This document shows positions 9,029 to 16,291 of a DNA stretch of 24,000 nt, piece after piece. The notes under the pieces were generated by a model, which saw nothing but the letters and a program-made list of their open reading frames with translations, was not told the DNA's origin and searched no databases. Every line of letters starts with the position of its first letter. The stretch's first letter is position 1. A program made the position numbers and the translations under genes. This DNA is from Priestia megaterium. GTDB lineage: Bacteria > Bacillota > Bacilli > Bacillales > Bacillaceae_H. The DNA is taken from contig NZ_JBKIKC010000020.1 in assembly GCF_046599315.1 (NCBI RefSeq), forward strand, positions 14,951 through 38,950. The letters are read 5' to 3'.

Positions 9029-9053
9029 GACATATCTTATGATATGTCCTTTT
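9029..9053 (+). terminator. Small rho-independent terminator
   Basis: GACATATC (9029-9036), loop TTAT, GATATGTC (9041-9048), followed by CTTTT. Confidence 0.4.
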
Positions 9054-9142
9054 AGTATGGTTAATTTTCATCTTTTTTTCATTGTTAAATGATAAATTAA
9101 TTGCTAATCATGCTGTAAAGCATTTTCCATAGATATTCTACT

Positions 9143-9295
9143 TTACAAGCTTATATAAAAAAGGTGAGCTTTTTTCTTATAATCTGCAATTTTGTACTCA
9201 TGTCCTGCTTCTGCTAATCCCTCAATAAATTTCTTAGCTATGTTCGCACTGAGTGAGTCTCTTCTTGGGTGAGACACAAAGACAAGTACTTTCAT
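9143..9295 (-). pseudogene. Truncated flavodoxin-like NAD(P)H oxidoreductase stub (50 codons)
   Basis: Below the ORF-track cutoff. SD GGGGGA then ATG at 9295. MKVLVFVSHPRRDSLSANIAKKFIEGLAEAGHEYKIAD... resembles the N-terminus of 175-200 aa flavodoxin-fold quinone reductases, but it stops after 50 aa. Confidence 0.4.
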
Positions 9296-9311
9296 AAAAA
9301 TTCCCCCAATT

Positions 9312-10298
9312 TTATCTTAGGTTACTTTTATTTCTTGTTCCCAAAATGTTTATCAAACGCTGCTTTCCTTGTTCAGCTGTAGAAACCATCTCATCAAATA
9401 ATTCCTGAACCGTAGGAACATCATTAATTAGTCCGATAACCTGTCCAGCCCAACCAAATCCCTCTCCTTCATTCCCATTGTAAATATATTTGCAGTTTGC
9501 CTTACCACTGACCATATCTTTTAAATCTTCATAAGTTGCTCCTTTATGCTCACGTTCAATAATATCGTTAGTATATTTTGATTCTAAAACACGCCCAGGA
9601 TGCCCTAAAGTTTTCTTGATAATGACTGTGTCTGTCTCTTTTCCGTTCACAAGTGCTTCTTTGTATACAGGGTTTGCATGCACACACTCTTGCGTAGCAA
9701 TAAATCTTGTTCCCATTTCTATCCCTTCAGCTCCAAGGGCTAGGGCTGCTAATAAGCCTCTTCCATCTCCAATGCCTCCACTAGCTAGTACAGGAATTGA
9801 CACAGATTCAACTACACGAGGGATAAGAACCATTGTACCAATATCATCCCGTCCTAAGTGGCCGCCTCCTTCTTGTCCTACTGCCATTATGGCATCAGCC
9901 CCAAGTTCCTCAGCCTTTTGTGCTTGTCTAACTCCTGAAACTAGAACAAGAGTTTTAATGTTTTCTCCTTTTATCCGTTCAAAAACAGGTTGGGGATTCC
10001 CTCCGGTTATAGAAATAGCAGGTACCTTCTCCTCGATAGCCACTTCTAGCAAGTCTTTATAATTTCCATCATGCCTCGCAATTGCAAAATTTACCCCAAA
10101 TGGCTTATCGGTCATGGTACGTACTCTACGAATTTCTTCCCGAAGCTTTTCTGGAGTTCCTAGAGTCGCAGCTGTAATTTGCCCAAGTCCACCAGCATTA
10201 GAGACAGATGAAGCTAATTCAGCATAAGCTAAGTAGGCTAATCCTCCTTGAACGATTGGATATTGGATTCCAAAGATTTCAGTTATTCTTGTTTTCAT
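9312..10298 (-). CDS. Nitronate monooxygenase / NPD-family FMN oxidoreductase (FabK-like TIM barrel)
   Basis: 328 aa. The start MKTRITEIFGIQYPIVQGGLAYLA... and glycine-rich FMN-binding segments (SGGIGDGRG, GAEGIEMGTRF) fit the family. SD AAGGAGAGG upstream. Confidence 0.85.
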   Translation of the reverse strand: MKTRITEIFGIQYPIVQGGLAYLAYAELASSVSNAGGLGQITAATLGTPEKLREEIRRVRTMTDKPFGVNFAIARHDGNYKDLLEVAIEEKVPAISITGGNPQPVFERIKGENIKTLVLVSGVRQAQKAEELGADAIMAVGQEGGGHLGRDDIGTMVLIPRVVESVSIPVLASGGIGDGRGLLAALALGAEGIEMGTRFIATQECVHANPVYKEALVNGKETDTVIIKKTLGHPGRVLESKYTNDIIEREHKGATYEDLKDMVSGKANCKYIYNGNEGEGFGWAGQVIGLINDVPTVQELFDEMVSTAEQGKQRLINILGTRNKSNLR

Positions 10299-10635
10299 AA
10301 GTTTTCCTCTCCTTCGTTAAATGATAGCTTGTTTTAACCATTTCATGTATTTCTTTTTCTGGTACGGTACCGTCTAGAATGATAGAATTCCAATGTTCTT
10401 TATTAAGGTGATAAGCTGGTACTACGGAATGATAAATTTGGCGCCAATGACGATTTACCTCTGGTTCACCTTTTAAATTTATCCAAATATGATTGTCTCT
10501 CTCAAAAATCCATGCAAAGACTTTTTGATTTTCTTTATGCCTAATGGTAGTCCAATTTTTATCACGAAACGGTTGGTCTTCAAATACATTCCTATATTTC
10601 ATGCAGTAATTAATAGCTTCTTGTCTACTTTTCAT
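10279..10635 (-). CDS. MmcQ/YjbR-family protein
   Basis: 118 aa. HLNKEHWNSIILDGTVPEKEIHEMVKTSY aligns with E. coli YjbR HLNKAHWSTVYLDGSLPDSQIYYLVDASY (from memory). It overlaps the downstream NMO start by 20 nt. Confidence 0.8.
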   Translation of the reverse strand: MKSRQEAINYCMKYRNVFEDQPFRDKNWTTIRHKENQKVFAWIFERDNHIWINLKGEPEVNRHWRQIYHSVVPAYHLNKEHWNSIILDGTVPEKEIHEMVKTSYHLTKERKTYENKNN

Positions 10636-10702
10636 GAATTTTCATCCTTTCATTTGTTATGAATAAAGATTTACGTAAATGAAAGTTAAGAAGGCTTGAT
10701 GT

Positions 10703-11293
10703 CTATGCCTGTTTACTACCATTAATTCCTTGCCAAAAGACATTCCAAGTTGAAGAGATTCTTTTATTTAAACGTTCTGATCTCCCTCCATACAACATTT
10801 CTACAAATAAACCATCTAGAATAGTCAGATAGGCTGCTGTAGCAGTATCAGCGCTAAATTGAGAATGTAATAAATGCTCTTTTTCTTTAAATAATGTCTC
10901 TAATAAACACTCTAAATTATTCGTTAATTGGTAAGAGTCACGTACTATCAGCTCCCTGAGATGCTGTGGAGGGAAAAATGAGGTTCGGATAAAAAAGCTT
11001 GTGTTAAAATTTCTGTCATATCGATCTAAATACTCTATTAAGAACTTATATAATAACTTCTCTAGAGGTAACGTACGATTGGTTCCGTCAAAAAAGCCTT
11101 CTATAAAATGTAGTTCACGTGATAGAGATTCATTAAAAGAGTAAACAAAAAGCTCTTCTTTGCTTTTAAAATATGTATATATAGATTGCTTTTTAATCCC
11201 AACTTCATTAGCAAGGGATGATAACGACGTTCCTTCATAACCATTTAGTGCAAATTGTCTTAGGGCTGCTTCTTTAAGCTGATTAAATGTCAC
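10703..11293 (-). CDS. TetR/AcrR-family transcriptional regulator
   Basis: 196 aa. N-terminal HTH TSLSSLANEVGIKKQSIYTYFKSKEELF. GTG start with SD GGAGG 8 nt upstream. Confidence 0.85.
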   Translation of the reverse strand: MTFNQLKEAALRQFALNGYEGTSLSSLANEVGIKKQSIYTYFKSKEELFVYSFNESLSRELHFIEGFFDGTNRTLPLEKLLYKFLIEYLDRYDRNFNTSFFIRTSFFPPQHLRELIVRDSYQLTNNLECLLETLFKEKEHLLHSQFSADTATAAYLTILDGLFVEMLYGGRSERLNKRISSTWNVFWQGINGSKQA

Positions 11294-11308
11294 AATCTCG
11301 CCTCCTTC

Positions 11309-11354
11309 CGAACGTTCGTCAGTTTATGTTATCAGCATTTATCTTTGCCGTCAA
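11309..11354 (-). promoter_or_regulatory. Predicted tetR promoter (TTGACG, 17 bp, TAACAT on the minus strand) with a 10-bp palindrome CGAACGTTCG in the leader
   Basis: Plus-strand CGTCAA at 11349-11354 and ATGTTA at 11326-11331, with a 17-bp spacer. The perfect palindrome at 11309-11318 lies between the -10 and the SD. Confidence 0.45.
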
Positions 11355-11588
11355 TCAGATACACCTTTCACCTTTCATCTCTCATTTACATTGATTATTA
11401 TAATCAACGAAATTAACAATAAGATAGAAGCCTCTTATGCCCCCAAAGTAAATTTAATTTTTTAACTCGTTTTACTCTCTCAGAATCTTTAGTGCAAGAT
11501 TGTGAAGTTTTTTAAAAAATAATTAACAATATTCTGATGAATTATGATTTTTTCAGTGCTCTAAAAGTAAGATAGTGGAGGTTATTAT

Positions 11589-11687
11589 ATGCCAAAACAT
11601 TATAATTTAATTACAGGTACAGAAACCGCTTACATATCAGTTGAATTAAAAATCATAATTTTCGAAAAGGAGTGTTTGCTTTGTTAA
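11589..11687 (+). CDS. Possible 32-aa upstream ORF / leader peptide
   Basis: ATG preceded by GGAGG at 7-nt spacing. MPKHYNLITGTETAYISVELKIIIFEKECLLC. Its TAA (11685-11687) overlaps the likely TTG start of the oxidoreductase. It contains a cre-like box at 11621-11634. Confidence 0.25.
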   Translation: MPKHYNLITGTETAYISVELKIIIFEKECLLC

Positions 11688-12859
11688 ATGGAGAAAAGAA
11701 AATTGAAAGACCTCTTAGATGGGCAATGGTAGGTGGAGGACGCGAAAGTCAGGTAGGATACAAACATAGAACGGGTGCTTTAAGGGACAATACAGCCTTT
11801 ACCTTAGTAGCCGGAGCATTTGATATTGATGCAGAAAGAGGGAAAGACTTTGGTGTAAATATTGGTGTAGATGAGGATCGATGCTATCCTGACTACAAAA
11901 CAATGTTCACTGAGGAAGGGAAACGGGAGGATGGCATTGAGGTCGTATCGATTGCTACTCCTAACGGAACCCACTATGAAATTTGTAAGGCAGCGTTAGA
12001 AGCTGATTTACATGTCATCTGTGAAAAACCTTTATTTTTCACTTCTGAGGAAGGGATAGAAATCAAAGATTTAGCAGAGAAAAAAGGAAAAATCGTTGGT
12101 GTCACGTATGGTTTCTCCGGTAATCAGATGTTACTTCAAATGCGGGCAATGATTGAACAAGATAAAATTGGTGAGATACGAGTCGTTGAACTACAGTATA
12201 CTCATGGTTTTAGTTTAAATAATCAAGTTGATAAGGCGAGTGCTTCACAAAAATGGCGTGTTGATCCTAAAATTGCAGGACCTAGTTTTGTGTTAGGGGA
12301 TCTCTCTACTCATACTTACTACATGTCCCAGTTAATTATGCCAAATATGAAAATTAGGGAATTATTATGTGACCGTCAAAGTTTTGTTGGAAGTCGCGCT
12401 CCTTTAGAAGATAATGCCTTTGTTCTTATGCGTTATGAAAACGGAGCTGTAGGACGATTATGGACGTCTTCTGTAAATGCAGGGTGCATGGATGGCCATA
12501 GAATTCGTATTGTAGGATCGAAAGGCAGTTTAGAGTGGTGGGATAGCAAGCCCGGTGAATTAAAGTATGAAATTCAAGGAGAGCCTGGGCAAACTTTAAT
12601 TCGGGCCATGCCTTATCTGGATGATAGCTGTAATGCGGACGAACGTTTAGGTGCATTGCATGTAGAGGGACTCTCTGAGGCTTGGGCAAATATATACTTA
12701 AAATTTGCTACGGCAATAGATGCAAAGAACAGAGGCGATGAAGAATTGTTAAAGAATCTTGTTTATCCTGATATTAATGCTGGTATTGAAGGTATACGAT
12801 GGATAGAAAATTGTGTCAGATCTGCTGATAATGGTGCTGCTTGGGTAGAATTCATCTAA
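11681..12859 (+). CDS. Gfo/Idh/MocA-family NAD(P)-dependent oxidoreductase
   Basis: Rossmann start RWAMVGGG, and a VICEKPL (EKP) motif. I prefer TTG 11681 (SD AAAGGAG at 11666-11672, 8-nt spacing). The ORF-track GTG 11672 overlaps that SD. Confidence 0.85.
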   Translation: MLNGEKKIERPLRWAMVGGGRESQVGYKHRTGALRDNTAFTLVAGAFDIDAERGKDFGVNIGVDEDRCYPDYKTMFTEEGKREDGIEVVSIATPNGTHYEICKAALEADLHVICEKPLFFTSEEGIEIKDLAEKKGKIVGVTYGFSGNQMLLQMRAMIEQDKIGEIRVVELQYTHGFSLNNQVDKASASQKWRVDPKIAGPSFVLGDLSTHTYYMSQLIMPNMKIRELLCDRQSFVGSRAPLEDNAFVLMRYENGAVGRLWTSSVNAGCMDGHRIRIVGSKGSLEWWDSKPGELKYEIQGEPGQTLIRAMPYLDDSCNADERLGALHVEGLSEAWANIYLKFATAIDAKNRGDEELLKNLVYPDINAGIEGIRWIENCVRSADNGAAWVEFI

Positions 12860-12951
12860 AAGTTTAAGGCCCATTTAGATCCACTGGTTTAACGATTGTG
12901 GGTGGGTTTTAATTTATAATGCCTTTATAACTCGTAACATAAGATTGTGAA

Positions 12952-12989
12952 GTATGTAGTTAATTCATTATAATGAATTAACTACATAC
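12952..12989. repeat. Perfect 38-bp palindrome (19+19, no spacer) centred on CATTATAATG
   Basis: GTATGTAGTTAATTCATTA | TAATGAATTAACTACATAC. Every position was checked as self-complementary. It lies 27 nt upstream of the AraC ATG. Confidence 0.9.
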
Positions 12990-13015
12990 AGACTAGGGAA
13001 GAAGAGGTTGATTTT

Positions 13016-13927
13016 ATGGTACAGAGTTTTGTAAAAAAGAAGTTCATACCAACTTTTGCAAACGGGAGATCCCCTAAACTACTTTACGTTTGTAAGGCTG
13101 AAGCAGATCATACTAAATTACCTTGTGTTATGCATGTGCATCAGGATCGCTTAGAAATTTTATATATCAGACAAGGGAGAGGAATTCATACAATTGGAGG
13201 GCGTCAGTATCACACTAAACAGGGTGACATTCTTATTTACAATAGTGGTGTTATTCATGATGAGCGTACGAATCCAGAAGCAGAAATGACTGTATACAGC
13301 TGTGGGATAAGTAATTTGAAGTTAGAGGGGATGCGAGAAAATTGTCTATTGCCTGATGGTGCGAGTCCAGTTTTGTTCAGCGATGCTTTTAGTCAGGACA
13401 TCGAAAATCTCTTTTGCATGATGTATACCCAAATTTGTTCAGAGAATGCTGGAGCTGAAGAAATAAGCCACCATTTGTTACAAGCTCTTATTATCATGCT
13501 GGTAAAACAGTTTAATAGAAGTATAGAGAAGGAAGAAGATAAAGAAGTTATTTTAGGAGAGCGAATAAGAGGGTATATTGATGACCACTATTCCGAAAAT
13601 CACACGTTGGAAAGTATAAGCGAGACATTGAATATTAGTTTATCTTACTTGTGCCACATTTTTAAGGAGACTACTGGGTATGCTCCTATGCAATACATTA
13701 TGAGACGTAGAATTGGGGAAGCGCAGTCTTTGCTAATTAATACCCAATATAGTGCTACTCAAATTGCCTCTATAGTAGGCTATAATAATTCCAACTATTT
13801 TAATACAATTTTCACGAGGATTGTCGGCATGTCCCCCATCAAATATCGAAAGTGTTGGGTAGATCAAAATAGCCCAAAAAGAATATCTTCTATTGATATA
13901 AATGAAATCGTTTTCAATGAGGATTAA
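13016..13927 (+). CDS. AraC/XylS-family transcriptional regulator (cupin sensor plus double HTH)
   Basis: 303 aa. The C-terminus LESISETLNISLSYLCHIFKETTGYAPMQYIMRRRIGEAQSLL...GYNNSNYFNTIFTRIVGMSPIKYR is a typical AraC HTH pair. Confidence 0.85.
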   Translation: MVQSFVKKKFIPTFANGRSPKLLYVCKAEADHTKLPCVMHVHQDRLEILYIRQGRGIHTIGGRQYHTKQGDILIYNSGVIHDERTNPEAEMTVYSCGISNLKLEGMRENCLLPDGASPVLFSDAFSQDIENLFCMMYTQICSENAGAEEISHHLLQALIIMLVKQFNRSIEKEEDKEVILGERIRGYIDDHYSENHTLESISETLNISLSYLCHIFKETTGYAPMQYIMRRRIGEAQSLLINTQYSATQIASIVGYNNSNYFNTIFTRIVGMSPIKYRKCWVDQNSPKRISSIDINEIVFNED

Positions 13928-14093
13928 AAAAAGAAAAACCCCATTAAGAGGGTTTCATACGATTAAACCCCAAAAATACGTATTTATATTAGGGTACCGG
14001 GTCATTATTCATTCTCAACTCAAGAGACCTAATGGTGCCCATAGAATGCTAGATATTTACCCATTTGCTAAAAAGCAAGGAGGAGAAAGTACC

Positions 14094-15518
14094 TTGAATA
14101 AACAGGTAAATCAAAAGTCATTTTTAAGTACTATTGTCTTAGTCTCTACATTTGGTGGACTTCTCTTTGGATATGATACTGGAGTTATCAATGGTGCGTT
14201 ACCTTTTATGTCGGAACCAGACCAGCTTAATCTTAACTCCTTCGCTCAAGGGTTTGTTGCAAGTTCACTTCTTTTTGGGGCTGCTATAGGTGCTCTATTT
14301 GGAGGACGACTAGCAGATTACAGTGGTCGCCGTAAGAATATTCTTTTACTTGCAGTCCTGTTCTTTATCTCTACACTGGGATGTACTCTTGCTCCAAATA
14401 TGGGGGTAATGGTTACCTTTCGTTTCTTATTGGGACTTGCTGTAGGAGGAGCGTCAGTTATAGTACCGAGCTATCTGGCAGAAATGTCACCTGTAGAAAG
14501 ACGAGGCCGAATGGTTAGTCAAAATGAATTAATGATTGTTACTGGTCAACTATTAGCCTTTATTTTCAATGCTATTATTGGCAATACAATGAGTGACAGT
14601 TCACATGCATGGCGATACATGCTGGTCATTGCCGCACTTCCTGCGGTCTTCTTATTCTTAGGTATGCTTAAAGTGCCAGAGAGCCCTCGCTGGCTTGTTT
14701 CAAAAGGAAGAAAAGTAGAAGCACTACGTGTTCTTCAAAAAATACGGGATAAAAACCAAGCTAATGTGGAACTTAATGAAATTGAGAATGCCGTTGCAGA
14801 AGAGTCAACTATGAAGAAAGCAACTTTTAAGGATCTATCTATTCCATGGGTAAGACGTATCCTATTTATCGGGATTGGTATAGCTATCGTGCAGCAAATT
14901 ACAGGGATCAATGCAATTATGTATTATGGTACCGAAATTCTCAAGGATGCAGGTTTTGCAACAGAAGTTGCTCTCATTGGTAATATTGCAAACGGAGCTA
15001 TTTCAGTCATAGCTGTTTTCTTTGGGATTTGGCTCCTTGGAAGGGTTGGTCGCCGACCAATGCTACTAATTGGATTAGGTGGAACTACGACATCACTTCT
15101 CCTTATTGCAATATTATCCTTAACACTTAAAGGATCTGTTGCTCTTCCATTTGTTATACTTTCTTTGACAGTTGTATTTCTTGCTTTTATGCAGGGATTT
15201 ATTGGTCCGGTAACATGGTTAATACTTGCAGAGATTTTTCCATCAAGGCTAAGAGGTCTTGGCATGGGGCTAAGTGTCTTTTTCTTATGGATGACAAATT
15301 CTATCATCGGTTTGGTTTTCCCAGTATTACTTGCAACCATCGGTTTATCAACTACTTTTTTTATCTTTGTCGTTCTTGGAGTAGGCGGTATCATGTTTGT
15401 AAAAAAGTATATGCCAGAAACGAAGGGCCGTACCCTAGAGGAGTTGGAACATTACTTCCGAACATACGATGATGATACAAGAGCTGAAAAAGAAGTTACT
15501 GAGGGAACTGCGCTATAA
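14094..15518 (+). CDS. MFS sugar porter (sugar/inositol:H+ symporter family)
   Basis: Sugar-porter signatures GGRLADYSGRRK, PESPRWL and PETKGRTLEELE. I place the start at TTG 14094, 7 nt after AAGGAGGAG. The ORF-track extension back to 13902 overlaps the araC 3' end and has no SD. Confidence 0.85.
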   Translation: MNKQVNQKSFLSTIVLVSTFGGLLFGYDTGVINGALPFMSEPDQLNLNSFAQGFVASSLLFGAAIGALFGGRLADYSGRRKNILLLAVLFFISTLGCTLAPNMGVMVTFRFLLGLAVGGASVIVPSYLAEMSPVERRGRMVSQNELMIVTGQLLAFIFNAIIGNTMSDSSHAWRYMLVIAALPAVFLFLGMLKVPESPRWLVSKGRKVEALRVLQKIRDKNQANVELNEIENAVAEESTMKKATFKDLSIPWVRRILFIGIGIAIVQQITGINAIMYYGTEILKDAGFATEVALIGNIANGAISVIAVFFGIWLLGRVGRRPMLLIGLGGTTTSLLLIAILSLTLKGSVALPFVILSLTVVFLAFMQGFIGPVTWLILAEIFPSRLRGLGMGLSVFFLWMTNSIIGLVFPVLLATIGLSTTFFIFVVLGVGGIMFVKKYMPETKGRTLEELEHYFRTYDDDTRAEKEVTEGTAL

Positions 15519-15543
15519 TCTACAAATGGTATGATTAAAAGTT

Positions 15544-15566
15544 AGATGTCTACGGACATCTTTTTT
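15544..15566 (+). terminator. Rho-independent terminator of the sugar-porter gene
   Basis: AGATGTC, loop TACG, GACATCT, followed by a T6 run. Confidence 0.7.
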
Positions 15567-15685
15567 CTATTCTAAAAGAGGAAAGGTACCAAGTTTTAAA
15601 TAATTTATTTATACATATTTAAGTAATTAATTAGCTTATAGTCAAACTCGATATTTATCTACTCAACATAATGTACTTTATAGGC

Positions 15686-15726
15686 AAAAAAATAAGCAAT
15701 GCACTATTTTGCATTGCTTATTTTTT
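15686..15726. terminator. Bidirectional terminator hairpin
   Basis: AATAAGCAATGC (15691-15702) pairs with GCATTGCTTATT (15711-15722). An A-run lies 5' and a T-run 3'. Confidence 0.65.
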
Positions 15727-15849
15727 GTAGATTACTTCGTAAGCTACATATATAACAAACAGTGCTATGGAAGCAATTCCTATTTCTATAAATGATCCGC
15801 AGACTATCCCTTCAACACATATTTGACCATTATAAAAAGATACGCCCAT
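15718..15849 (-). CDS. Candidate 43-aa small hydrophobic protein
   Basis: Below the ORF-track cutoff. SD AGGGGTG then ATG at 15849. MGVSFYNGQICVEGIVCGSFIEIGIASIALFVIYVAYEVIYKK has one TM-like segment and a KK tail. The stop codon is embedded in the terminator stem. Confidence 0.35.
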   Translation of the reverse strand: MGVSFYNGQICVEGIVCGSFIEIGIASIALFVIYVAYEVIYKK

Positions 15850-15886
15850 ACTTAACACCCCTATATACACCGGTGTTAGAGTATAT

Positions 15887-15918
15887 GTTTAGCTATTCCT
15901 TTCTAGTTAACATAAAAC
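15887..15918 (+). repeat. Intergenic repeat family, copy A (partial)
   Basis: TAGTTAACATAAAAC (15904-15918) is identical to 15 nt of copy B. The upstream GTTTAGCTAT resembles the TTTAAGCTGTAT block with a deletion of about 9 nt. Confidence 0.6.
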
Positions 15919-15948
15919 TTGTTATCGGCAATCATTAAAGCACCTTTA

Positions 15949-16236
15949 TTAAGGTAATGGTCTACTTAGTATTATTTTTTCAATCCATTCTTGTATTTCT
16001 ATATCTTCATGAAAATATATATCTGGTTCAATTTCTAAGTCAATACATAACAAGAAAATAAGGTATTCATGTAGTTGATCTTCATCAGAAGAGAGTCTAT
16101 TTCTACCCTCTAGGTTTTGAACCCATTTATAGGACCATTGATTAAATTGCTCTCTAGACATATTTCCTTTAAGAACGATCTCTAATTTGTTTATCCAATC
16201 CTGTTTAGTTGGCTGACTTTCAAACATTAATTTCAC
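15949..16236 (-). CDS. Hypothetical small acidic protein (95 aa)
   Basis: ORF with SD AAAAGGTGA upstream of the ATG. No family recognised. Confidence 0.55.
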   Translation of the reverse strand: MKLMFESQPTKQDWINKLEIVLKGNMSREQFNQWSYKWVQNLEGRNRLSSDEDQLHEYLIFLLCIDLEIEPDIYFHEDIEIQEWIEKIILSRPLP

Positions 16237-16291
16237 CTTTTCTAAGTATTTACTAAAGTTAAGATGATCAGCGTTATCGATAGCAAGTATG

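Noticed and set aside
13902-14093. The long N-terminal extension of the sugar-porter ORF, starting inside the araC 3' end.
   Set aside because: The extension has no SD, overlaps araC and crosses a hairpin. In-frame TTG 14094 sits 7 nt after AAGGAGGAG and gives a normal MFS N-terminus.
15644-15730. A convergent antisense RNA that would make the 43-codon ORF a bona fide type I toxin-antitoxin locus.
   Set aside because: The only -10-like hexamer (CATAAT, 15667-15672) has no acceptable -35. A plus-strand RNA from there would end at the shared terminator with almost no overlap of the ORF.
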